64,000 nucleotides of DNA from Synergistaceae bacterium (GTDB taxonomy: Bacteria; Synergistota; Synergistia; Synergistales; Synergistaceae): NCBI GenBank assembly GCA_963682045.1, contig OY821326.1:1293211-1357210 (forward strand), read 5' to 3'. The notes beneath the pieces are model-generated. The model was not told the DNA's origin and did not search any database. It saw only the letters and a program-made list of their open reading frames with translations. Positions 55,851 through 64,000 of the stretch are shown piece after piece (the first letter of the stretch is position 1; each line of letters opens with the position of its first letter). A program made the translations under genes and the position numbers.

Positions 55851-57137
55851 ATGAAAGGTCGTACAGATGTAATAGTAGGCGTTCAGTGGGGAGACGAGGG
55901 CAAGGGACGCGTAGTCGACGCACTTGCAGGCAAGTCAGGCGTAGTAGTCCGTTATCAGGGCGGAGCGAATGCAGGACATACCGTGGTAGTTGAGGACGAA
56001 AAATATGTCTTTCACTTACTCCCTTCCGGCATCCTCTATCCCGGCAAAGTTTGTGTGATCGGAAACGGGGTAGTGATAGACCCTGAAACGCTCTTTGCAG
56101 AACTTGACGATCTCAGGGATAGGGGAAAGACCCTTGCCAGGCTGGTCGTCAGCCATGGCGCACATGTGGTCATGCCGTATCACAAACAGCTGGACAAACT
56201 GGCTGAGGGAGCAAGGTCAGAGGGCACGAAGATAGGAACTACCGGACGTGGGATCGGTCCATGTTACTCCGATAAGTTCGAGAGGGTCGGGATAAGGGCG
56301 GAGGATCTTGTAAACCCGGAAATTCTGAAAGAAAAACTTCTGATAAACATCGAACTTAAAAATAAGATCCTGACAAAGATCTATGGCTCCGAGCCCTTGG
56401 ATCTCAAGAGTACGTACGAGACAGCCCTTGAGTGGGGCAAAAGGATAAAGCCGCTTCTTGGAGACGCTTTCCTTGAGATACACCGAGCACTTGATTCAGG
56501 AAAGAACGTCCTCTTCGAAGGAGCCCAGGGGACCCTCCTTGATGTCGACCACGGAACATATCCTTTTGTCACGAGCTCCAGCCCATGCTCCGGAGGAGCC
56601 TGCACCGGAGCGGGGATAGGACCGGGGAGGATAGACCGTGTGATAGGAGTCACCAAGGCTTACTGCACCAGAGTAGGAGAGGGTCCCTTCCCTACCGAGG
56701 ATAGGGGATCTCTCGGAGAACTGTTAAGAACAAGAGGCGGGGAGTTCGGCGCTACGACCGGCCGTCCAAGGCGCTGTGGCTGGAACGATCTTGTGGCAGT
56801 AGACTACGCGGTAAAGATAAATGGAATAGACGGGCTTGCGCTGACAAAGCTTGATGTCCTTTCAGGATTTGAAAGGATCCAGGTCTGCACTGCTTATGAT
56901 ATCGAAGGGGCCATACATAAGAATTTTCCAAGCAGCTGTGCGAAACTGGCAAAAGCAGTCCCGGTTTTTGAGGAACTACCGGGCTGGAAGGAGGATATTA
57001 GCAAGTGCAGAAGATTTGAGGATCTTCCCTCTGCTGCACAGGACTATGTCCGCTTCATCGAAGAAAGGGTACTGACCCCCGTCGTACTTATCGGAGTCGG
57101 ACAGGGAAGAGAAGATACTATCCTGAGAGGTATATGA
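55851..57137 (+). CDS. purA: adenylosuccinate synthetase
   Basis: 428 aa from ATG 55851 (GVQWGDEGKGRVVD, GTTGRGIGP). Confidence 0.95.
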   Translation: MKGRTDVIVGVQWGDEGKGRVVDALAGKSGVVVRYQGGANAGHTVVVEDEKYVFHLLPSGILYPGKVCVIGNGVVIDPETLFAELDDLRDRGKTLARLVVSHGAHVVMPYHKQLDKLAEGARSEGTKIGTTGRGIGPCYSDKFERVGIRAEDLVNPEILKEKLLINIELKNKILTKIYGSEPLDLKSTYETALEWGKRIKPLLGDAFLEIHRALDSGKNVLFEGAQGTLLDVDHGTYPFVTSSSPCSGGACTGAGIGPGRIDRVIGVTKAYCTRVGEGPFPTEDRGSLGELLRTRGGEFGATTGRPRRCGWNDLVAVDYAVKINGIDGLALTKLDVLSGFERIQVCTAYDIEGAIHKNFPSSCAKLAKAVPVFEELPGWKEDISKCRRFEDLPSAAQDYVRFIEERVLTPVVLIGVGQGREDTILRGI

Positions 57138-57623
57138 AGCTAAAATTTATGGACTGCATTGCTTCTGCCAAATCTGGAAATGTAAAAATGATGAAAACCG
57201 GGGAAAATAGAAAAACAGTAATTGTAAGAGGCGGCGGAGATCTTGCCACAGGCATAATATACAGGCTATGGAGATCCTGTTTTGATGTTTTGTGCCTTGA
57301 GATCCCCCGCCCCACTGTTGTAAGGCGTTTCGTTGCTGCAGCCCGGGCTGTTTATGACGGAAACTGCCGGATAGAAGATATGGATGTATGTCTGGCGGAG
57401 AACCCTGATCAAATAGACTTCAGCAAAGAGATAAACGTATTGATAGACCCGGAGGGAAATTCCATCGCTTTACTCAAACCCTTCGCTGTCATTGATGCGA
57501 TGATGTCGAAAAGAAAGACAGCGACAAACAAAAATATGGCAGACCTTGTGCTGGCGATAGGGCCGGGCTTCAGTGCACCTGAAGATGTTCATGGGATCGT
57601 TGAGACAAAGAGAGGGCATTCTC
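57134..57623 (+). pseudogene. YqeB-family (selenium-dependent molybdenum hydroxylase system) gene, 5' part, interrupted by an IS
   Basis: VIVRGGGDLATGIIYRLWRSCFDVLCLEIPRPTVVRR is collinear with the C-terminal half of E. coli YqeB (VVIRGAGDIASGVALRLYHAGFKVIMLEVEKPTVIR). The frame runs into the IS end at 57624 and stops at 57640. Confidence 0.75.
57411..57623 (+). repeat. left copy of the 213-bp direct target duplication
   Basis: Identical by eye to 59665-59877. Confidence 0.85.
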
Positions 57624-59664
57624 CTGACTTTAGAACTTAAGAGGTCAAAAAGTGCCACAAGCTCTGTCTAACAGCTGATTTAGTCGTTTTAATTTTATCC
57701 TGTTATTTCAGATTAATACTCAAATCGAGCTTGGTACAGGCCCGGAACTTAGTCAGGGTCATGTTCGTTTTCATGTTAGACATTCCCAGCAAACCTGCCA
57801 GATTTAGGTAGGTCTGGGTGATGCGGGTTGGTGTGACGACACAGCGTGGAAATTCTCCCTGCACCAAAACCAACGGCTCTCGAATTGCTTCCATAATAGT
57901 CCTAGCTGACACTGACACCTGCTTTTCTGTCTCCAGCAGGTATTGAGCATAGCGGAGCATACAGAGGGATATGAAACACATGGCAAAATGACCCTTAATG
58001 TGTTTGTCAGACCAGACAAAAACAGGTCGGGCTCTTAAATCACTCTTCAGTATTCGGAAGCTCTCTTCAATTTTCCACAGACCTCCGTAAATTTTACATA
58101 CACTTTGCGTATCCAGCTCCAGATTATTGGTTATAACCGCATAGTATCCGTCATAGCGGGCAGCTTCCTCGATCTTAGATTCATCCAAGCTCCAGTTCTC
58201 CGTGTCGAGTTCCATCTGAAGAAACTGATTGCCGCCGCGCCGGATAGCCGCTTTCAACTGGTAGGGCTTGTCTAGCTTTTTCCTCAGTCGTTCAAGCATC
58301 CGCTCCCGGTCTCCCCGATCTTTCTCAGCACGTTTGGCCGACCACGTTAGATGAATCTTCACCAGGATCTCCACTTCGCGTAACGTTCGTGGCCGTCCCC
58401 GCTTGCCTGTTACCTCACGTTCTTCCTCGGAAAGCGGCAGCCTTACCTTAAGGGAATCTCCGACCACTTTGGAGCGAAACGTCACGGCATCGCCTTCTTT
58501 GCTATCATCGTGCCATCCAGCTTCTGACCATACCAGTTCTTTGAAGATCTGCGGGGCTCGCTTCAGTGTGTAGCTGATTACAAAATCATGGCCACTGCTG
58601 TACAGGTATTCCAGATTGTTTCCACTATTGAGTCCTCGGTCAGCGACCACTATTATTTTTTCCAAACGATATAAGTTTTTGAGCTTCTCGATGGATTGCA
58701 CCAGGGTGTTCTGGTCCATAGTATTTCCAGGAAATAATTCGTAGGTGATAGGTATGCCGTTGTTGTCCATAAGCAACCCCATTACTACCTGCACTTCGTT
58801 GTTTTTATGATCCTTGGAGAATCCGAACATCCGCAGTTCACCCCAGTGTGTGCTTTCAAAGGCATAAGTTGTGACATCGTAGAAGGCTTCTGGTCCCTGT
58901 CTATTGGTTTTACGTTCGAAAAAGCGTGATAAATGTTCTATCACCGCAGATTTCTGCTCAGACAGTATATCTAGGACGTCATACAGCACATCCAGACTTA
59001 GCGGGTTCACACCGGCATAGGTAGGCAACTCCTTAACACAAGCATGTACGCTGGCCGGTTCGGCACAGCGATGGGCTGCCAGATAGTAGATCGCCTGGGC
59101 TACAGTCTCAGCATTACGCTTCCCAGACTTGGTTACGAAGAAGGTGTCCAGATCCATTTGCTGCCAAATTTGCTTAACCAAACCATGCCCGAATTGAAAA
59201 GAAGGCACCACATCGTCAGGTTTTAAGATATCGCCCACTGGTACTTCTAGAGTGATGGGTGCCCCTGCGGCCTTTTTCTCACGAGTCAGGCGTGCTGCCT
59301 CCAGCTTTAGCTTTGCAACGACATCCGGGTCCTCGGCAAGCATTTTCTCGTAGTTGCCGATGGTTTTTACAACATGAGTTTTCTTTTTACTTGTGCCAGG
59401 AATATGTGTTTCCTCTCTAAACTGGATGACGCGCGACTTACCGTAACCGGAGATTGCAACGTACATAGGGGACCCCTCGCTTCTGTAAAATATAAATAAA
59501 CATGTGCAAGGTCATTATACCACAAAATGAGCTAAAAAGCAGGATATAGCAGGACAAAAATAAACAAAGTTTTTTGTAAATAAAAAACCCCCGAAACCGC
59601 CTTATTACAGCGTATTCGAAGGATTGATGGCAGTGGTTATAGGGCGTTAAGTTCCAAAGTCAGG
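57624..59664 (-). mobile_element. IS1634-family insertion sequence (about 2.04 kb)
   Basis: The terminal inverted repeats are (C)CTGACTTTAGAACTTAA at the left end and (C)CTGACTTTGGAACTTAA as the reverse complement of the right end. It has a single 587-aa transposase ORF and is flanked by a 213-bp direct duplication of the target gene. Confidence 0.85.
57703..59466 (-). CDS. IS1634-family (IS4 superfamily) transposase
   Basis: 587 aa. The N-terminus (YVAISGYGKSRVIQFREE...KTIGNYEKM) and the length are typical of IS1634-family transposases. Confidence 0.7.
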   Translation of the reverse strand: MYVAISGYGKSRVIQFREETHIPGTSKKKTHVVKTIGNYEKMLAEDPDVVAKLKLEAARLTREKKAAGAPITLEVPVGDILKPDDVVPSFQFGHGLVKQIWQQMDLDTFFVTKSGKRNAETVAQAIYYLAAHRCAEPASVHACVKELPTYAGVNPLSLDVLYDVLDILSEQKSAVIEHLSRFFERKTNRQGPEAFYDVTTYAFESTHWGELRMFGFSKDHKNNEVQVVMGLLMDNNGIPITYELFPGNTMDQNTLVQSIEKLKNLYRLEKIIVVADRGLNSGNNLEYLYSSGHDFVISYTLKRAPQIFKELVWSEAGWHDDSKEGDAVTFRSKVVGDSLKVRLPLSEEEREVTGKRGRPRTLREVEILVKIHLTWSAKRAEKDRGDRERMLERLRKKLDKPYQLKAAIRRGGNQFLQMELDTENWSLDESKIEEAARYDGYYAVITNNLELDTQSVCKIYGGLWKIEESFRILKSDLRARPVFVWSDKHIKGHFAMCFISLCMLRYAQYLLETEKQVSVSARTIMEAIREPLVLVQGEFPRCVVTPTRITQTYLNLAGLLGMSNMKTNMTLTKFRACTKLDLSINLK

Positions 59665-59877
59665 AAATAGACTTCAGCAAAGAGATAAACGTATTGATAG
59701 ACCCGGAGGGAAATTCCATCGCTTTACTCAAACCCTTCGCTGTCATTGATGCGATGATGTCGAAAAGAAAGACAGCGACAAACAAAAATATGGCAGACCT
59801 TGTGCTGGCGATAGGGCCGGGCTTCAGTGCACCTGAAGATGTTCATGGGATCGTTGAGACAAAGAGAGGGCATTCTC
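59665..59877 (+). repeat. right copy of the 213-bp direct target duplication
   Basis: Identical by eye to 57411-57623. Confidence 0.85.
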
Positions 59878-60254
59878 TCGGAAGGCTCATCACCAAAGGA
59901 AGTGCTGAAGCCAACACGGGCATTCCTGGAGAGATCCTGGGATTTACATGTGAACGTCTCTTAAGGTCTCCCTCGGATGGATACCTCTCCCCGGCCTCAT
60001 CGATCGGTGAGAGGGTAAAAGAAGGGGATGTCATCGGGTCGGTAAACGGCATTCCGGTAAAGGTGCCGATAGGAGGCATAATTCGCGGTCTTATCCACCC
60101 ATCGGTATTAGTCAGGGAAGGCTCCAAAATAGGAGATATCGATCCCCGGAATGAACCGGGCAACTGCTGCATTATAAGTGACAAAGCCCTTGCCGTCGGA
60201 GGAGGAGTCCTTGAGGCGATACTCCGTTTCGAAGCAAGGGGCAGGTTGGATTAA
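59878..60254 (+). pseudogene. YqeB-family gene, 3' part
   Basis: IVETKRGHSLGRLITKGSAEANTGIPGEILG...KIGDIDPR...DKALAVGGGVLEAIL is collinear with the E. coli YqeB C-terminus. Removing the IS plus one repeat copy restores a 288-codon in-frame ORF. Confidence 0.75.
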
Positions 60255-60586
60255 TCTTCTTTTCTAAGAGCGGTAGCAGGCAGCTCCACTATATCGCCTT
60301 CCTGTTCCTCATCATGATCGGCAGGCTCGCTTCCCGCAAAATCTGAGTGATCTTCACAACTTTCGTCCGTTGTATCTATCACTTCGGAATTGCTCTTTCT
60401 ATAGCTTCCGCCGCTGAAAGGATCATAGCTCTTCGATGTATAGACCCTGACTCCGTTGCCTCTCAGTAGCCCTACAATGATCAATGCAAAGAGAACTATT
60501 CCCACCAGTCCCGCGATGAGTATTATGGCCGGGAAGGCAAATCCGAATATCAGCGTTCCGACAAGTAAAAAGACCAGTAGTCTCAT
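60251..60586 (-). CDS. small membrane protein, hypothetical
   Basis: 111 aa with two N-terminal hydrophobic helices and an acidic C-terminal tail. Confidence 0.45.
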   Translation of the reverse strand: MRLLVFLLVGTLIFGFAFPAIILIAGLVGIVLFALIIVGLLRGNGVRVYTSKSYDPFSGGSYRKSNSEVIDTTDESCEDHSDFAGSEPADHDEEQEGDIVELPATALRKED

Positions 60587-60600
60587 TAAGTCTCTCTCCT

Positions 60601-62340
60601 TCAGGATCTTTTCTGCCTGTTATCCTTTGCGGCAGTACGTGGTTTCTTTTTCCTGCTTTCGGCCGCGGCTTTTCCTCTTCCGGTACCACCAGCTGCCACA
60701 GGTTTTTTTGCAGATTTATATATGCTTCTTTTTTTCTTTTCATCTGTACTCGAAGGGCGGTCTGCACTTTGTCCTTCGGATCCAGCCCTGTAGGAAGGCC
60801 TTTTTGCGGCTCTTGCTGTGCCGCTTTTTCTCTTCTCATCCGTCCTCGAAGGGTGGTCTGCACCGCGGCCTTCGGATCCAGCCCCGTAGGAAAGTCTTTT
60901 GGGGGCTCTTGTTGTGCCGCTTTTTTTCTTCTCATCCGTTTCCAAAGCACGGTCTGCATCGTGGGACTCAGGCTTAGCCCTGTAAACAGGCCTTTCTTCT
61001 TTCATCTTGCCGCTTCTGTATCTTTCTTTCGGCGGGGCGTCAGTCTTCCTTCGTTTATCCTCTGAGGCAGGTCTCTTTGCTCCGCGCTCTTCAACAAATC
61101 CACCGGATGCCTTTGTTCCCGTTCTCTCTGTTTTCTCCCTCTTCTGTCCGGCCGCATCGGATCCGCTTTTGCCCCTGGAGGGTCCTGACGTTCTTCTGGG
61201 ATCTGACGCCTCTCTTTGGGGTGCACGAACCTCTTTCTTTTTTGCCTCAAAAGCAGGTTTTACCTTTGGTCCCGGTTCAAGTATGCATGGATCACCGGCC
61301 ATCGTTTTTCTTCTCAGCTGACCGCATGCAGCGTCAATATCGGAACCCAGTTCCTCCCTTATCTCTGCTTCGAAACCGGCTGTGACAAGGACCGAACGGA
61401 ACTTAAGGATGTTTTCAGGAGAGGGTTTCTCATAACGGCCGTCGACCTGGTTGAACGGGATCAGGTTGATGAAGACATGTATGCCCTTCAAATAGCGCAA
61501 AAGCAGTCTGGCATGTTCAACACTGTCGTTTATTCCTCCGAAGAGCGCGTATTCTATGGTGATCCTGTTCCCTGTTGTCTTCTGATATTCCTGCATGGCC
61601 TTCCTCAGCTCATCAAGCGGGAATGTCTCGTTGACCGGCATAAGGCTGCTTCTCAAATCATCATCAGCCGCATGCAGGGATACTGCAAGGCGAACTCCCA
61701 GGCCGGATGCTGCGAGATCCCGTATGCCGGGCACTATACCCGAGGTAGAGATCGCAATGTGTCTGATGCCGAGATTTCTCATATCCGGATCGTTAAGCAT
61801 CCTGACTGATTTGAGTACCTCCTCGGTATTGAGGAAGGGCTCACCCATCCCCATGTAGACTGCGTTGTTGATATCGCGGCCGACAGATCTCTCCATGGCA
61901 AGGAACTGGCCTGCGATCTCTCCGGCAGAAAGGTTCCTTACATAGCCGGAAAGCCCCGTGGCGCAGAATGTGCACCCGAGAGGGCATCCTACCTGTGTCG
62001 AAATACAGGCCGTCAGCCTCTCTCCCTGTCTCATAAGGACAGATTCGACACTTTGGCCGTCACGCAGCTGCCAGAGATATTTTCTTGTCCCGTCAATCGA
62101 TGAACGTTGTTCCTTTATCAGCAGGGGAGCCCCAAAATCTATCTTTGACTCGAGCAGATCCCTAAGCGTCTTTGAGAGATTGGTCATCTCAGCGACATCA
62201 AAGGCCCTTTTCTGCCAGATCCACTGGCAGATCTGATCAGCACGGAACCTGGGCTCACCAAATTCCTTATCAAGGATCTGTGACCATTCGCTGTTATCAA
62301 GATCCAGAGCATAAATTTTATCTGTCATTAATTTGCCCAA
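60601..62340 (-). CDS. rlmN: 23S rRNA/tRNA (adenine-C2)-methyltransferase RlmN with a ~238-aa basic repeat C-terminal extension
   Basis: Radical-SAM [11 protein letters not shown] and C-terminal DIDAACGQL define a normal ~340-aa RlmN core. The ORF then continues for ~238 aa of K/R/S/G/E-rich sequence. An alternative start at 62328 gives a TAATG overlap with glyA. Confidence 0.85.
   Translation of the reverse strand: MGKLMTDKIYALDLDNSEWSQILDKEFGEPRFRADQICQWIWQKRAFDVAEMTNLSKTLRDLLESKIDFGAPLLIKEQRSSIDGTRKYLWQLRDGQSVESVLMRQGERLTACISTQVGCPLGCTFCATGLSGYVRNLSAGEIAGQFLAMERSVGRDINNAVYMGMGEPFLNTEEVLKSVRMLNDPDMRNLGIRHIAISTSGIVPGIRDLAASGLGVRLAVSLHAADDDLRSSLMPVNETFPLDELRKAMQEYQKTTGNRITIEYALFGGINDSVEHARLLLRYLKGIHVFINLIPFNQVDGRYEKPSPENILKFRSVLVTAGFEAEIREELGSDIDAACGQLRRKTMAGDPCILEPGPKVKPAFEAKKKEVRAPQREASDPRRTSGPSRGKSGSDAAGQKREKTERTGTKASGGFVEERGAKRPASEDKRRKTDAPPKERYRSGKMKEERPVYRAKPESHDADRALETDEKKKSGTTRAPKRLSYGAGSEGRGADHPSRTDEKRKSGTARAAKRPSYRAGSEGQSADRPSSTDEKKKRSIYKSAKKPVAAGGTGRGKAAAESRKKKPRTAAKDNRQKRS
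60728..61005. repeat. 96-bp tandem repeat, about 2.9 copies, in frame within the rlmN tail
   Basis: Units at 60728-60823 and 60824-60919 are close copies. A third, diverged unit starts at 60920. They encode 32-aa repeats (TDEK+KSGT.RA.KR.SY.AGSEG..ADHPS). Confidence 0.75.
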
Positions 62341-63602
62341 GGCTCAGCGAGGTCGGGATATAGAGGAAATCCATCTGTCAATGCGGCCATGCTAGCCTTT
62401 ACTTCTTTCTTTATCAGATTGTTTTCCGGATTTGAAAGTACTTTTTCGATAGCATCAGCTATTTTCTCCATTTCAGGCTCTTTCATCCCTCTGGTCGTTA
62501 CAGCGGCTGTTCCAAGCCTTACTCCGCTTGTAACCATTGGCTTGGCAGGGTCGAAAGGTATCATGTTTTTATTGGATGTAATGCCGACTTCTCCCAGAAG
62601 CACCTCTCCCTCTTTGCCTGTCACGTTCCTCGAACGTACGTCAAGCAGTATGAGGTGGTTGTCGGTACCTCCCGAAACAAGGCGGAAACCTCTGTCAGTA
62701 AGCGCTTTGGCAAGGGCAGAGGTATTGCTTACTACCTGGCTTGCGTATTTTTTGAACTCTTCAGTTCCCGCGAGCATGAATGTGACTGCTTTTCCTGCTA
62801 TCGAATGCACCAAAGGCCCGCCTTGTATCCCCGGAAATACTGTCCTGTCAAGAGTTTGAGCATACTCCTTTTTGCAGAGTACAAAAGCTCCCCGTGTACC
62901 TCTGAGTGTTTTATGCGAGGTCGAGCTGACATAATCAGAATAAGGCACCGGGCTGGGGTGCGCACCTCCTGCAACAAGCCCCGCAATGTGGGCCATGTCC
63001 ACGAGAAGTACCGCCCCCACCTCATCTGCTATTGCACGGAAGCGGGCAAAATCTATGAACCGGGGATAAGCGCTTGCGCCTGCAACTATGAGTTTGGGCC
63101 TCGTCTCCTTAGCCAATCTCTCTACCTCGTTATAGTCGATCGTCTCTGTTTCCCTGTTTACTCCGTAGCCTACGATGTTGTAAAAACGGCCTGAAAAATT
63201 GACCGGGTGACCGTGTGAAAGATGTCCGCCGTGATCTAGCTTCATTGAAAGGACAGTGTCCCCCGGATCGACTGTCGCGAAGAATACTGCCTGGTTTGCG
63301 CTTGCTCCTGCATGCGGCTGGACATTGGCATGGTCGGCTCCGAAAAGTTCACAAGCCCTTTTTATGGCAATTTCTTCTATCTCCTCAACAAACTCACACC
63401 CGCCGTAGTACTTTTTATAAGGGTAACCTTCCGCGTATTTATTGGTAAGGATAGAACCCTGTATCTCCAGCAGAGAGCGGGGGACAAAGTTTTCTGACGC
63501 AATGAGCTCTATGTGGACCCTCTGTCTTTCCAGTTCGCTTTCAGCAAGGCCGTATATCTGCGGGTCCAGACTTTTCAGCGTCTCTGTCATAATCTTATTC
63601 AT
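62328..63602 (-). CDS. glyA: serine hydroxymethyltransferase
   Basis: 424 aa with the PLP-lysine region ([14 protein letters not shown]). Confidence 0.95.
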   Translation of the reverse strand: MNKIMTETLKSLDPQIYGLAESELERQRVHIELIASENFVPRSLLEIQGSILTNKYAEGYPYKKYYGGCEFVEEIEEIAIKRACELFGADHANVQPHAGASANQAVFFATVDPGDTVLSMKLDHGGHLSHGHPVNFSGRFYNIVGYGVNRETETIDYNEVERLAKETRPKLIVAGASAYPRFIDFARFRAIADEVGAVLLVDMAHIAGLVAGGAHPSPVPYSDYVSSTSHKTLRGTRGAFVLCKKEYAQTLDRTVFPGIQGGPLVHSIAGKAVTFMLAGTEEFKKYASQVVSNTSALAKALTDRGFRLVSGGTDNHLILLDVRSRNVTGKEGEVLLGEVGITSNKNMIPFDPAKPMVTSGVRLGTAAVTTRGMKEPEMEKIADAIEKVLSNPENNLIKKEVKASMAALTDGFPLYPDLAEPWAN

Positions 63603-63645
63603 CTATTGCACTCCTTTTTTATTATTCTTTATATGATCCTTATGA

Positions 63646-64000
63646 TTATACCAGTTCAAGAACAGAATGAAGGAGAACATTACAACCGTTCTCCAGGTCT
63701 TTGATATCAGACCACTCTTCGGGGCAGTGGCTTCTCCCTCCGACAGAAGGAACGAATATCATAGCGGATGGACAGAAAGAAGACAAAAACTGAGCATCAT
63801 GGGAAGCCCCGCTGATCATCTTCATTGAATCAAAACCCAGGAACGAGGCACTGGAAGCGACAAATTCGACCATACCCCTGTCAAAAACTACCGGAGCCGC
63901 CTCGGCTGTCTTTTTGAAGCTGTATTTCAGTCCGCGTTTGACCGCACAGGATACTATCAGTTTTTCAACTTCCATTTTTCCCTCTTCAAAGAGCTCCGTG
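63646..64000 (-). CDS. M20-family amidohydrolase (allantoate amidohydrolase / N-carbamoyl-amino-acid hydrolase type), C-terminal part
   Basis: The frame is open to the window end. C-terminal motifs are SGASHDAQ and MIFVPSVGGRSHCPEE. Confidence 0.65.
   Translation of the reverse strand, partial: TELFEEGKMEVEKLIVSCAVKRGLKYSFKKTAEAAPVVFDRGMVEFVASSASFLGFDSMKMISGASHDAQFLSSFCPSAMIFVPSVGGRSHCPEEWSDIKDLENGCNVLLHSVLELV

Noticed and set aside
60423-60977. ORFs of 178 aa (minus strand) and 173 aa (plus strand) in the rlmN repeat region, and the possibility that the repeats are a CRISPR array
   Set aside because: The repeats are contiguous 96-bp units with no unique spacers, and they are in frame with rlmN. 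The alternative-frame ORFs are a by-product of the repetitive sequence.

Overview
This 64 kb window looks like bacterial chromosome packed with core metabolic operons, probably from an anaerobe; I cannot assign a taxon from sequence alone. In order, it holds:
- a complete arginine-to-spermidine operon (speD, speA-type decarboxylase, speE, speB; minus strand)
- two diverged tandem copies of a busR-opuAC module (GntR/RCK_C regulator plus betaine-binding protein). Only the second copy continues into opuAB-opuAA. The junction between the copies holds a truncated permease start and a 58-nt speD relic.
- ogt-alkA, then a DapB-like gene
- an operon of a Fur-family regulator, a MoCF-domain protein and XdhC
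- an ilvN-ilvC-leuA-leuC-leuD-leuB-ilvB-ilvD operon behind what reads as a leader-peptide attenuator
- modABC, then pruA
- an aconitase-icd-citDEF operon
- nrdJ with tandem NrdR boxes, then trkH-trkA
- an NSS transporter followed by a 34-codon MetS-like ORF that is absent from the ORF track
- an uncharacterised pair (metallophosphoesterase plus a 340-aa unknown protein)
- tupABC preceded by two Moco-class riboswitch-like elements in series
- glmS and purA
- an IS-disrupted YqeB-family (selenium-dependent Mo-hydroxylase accessory) gene
- rlmN with a long basic tandem-repeat tail, glyA, and a partial M20 hydrolase

Mobile DNA consists of an IS4-family element (7-bp TSD), an IS1634-family element flanked by a perfect 213-bp direct duplication, and an IS5-like transposase remnant. 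I saw no rRNA, tRNA or CRISPR array.

The most interesting signals are regulatory. They are the tandem Moco/Tuco-type leaders, a recurring TGCAAC-N3-GTTGCA palindrome upstream of modA, pruA, tupA and the Fur-family operon, and the branched-chain leader peptide. All family assignments come from motif recognition by eye; no searches were run.
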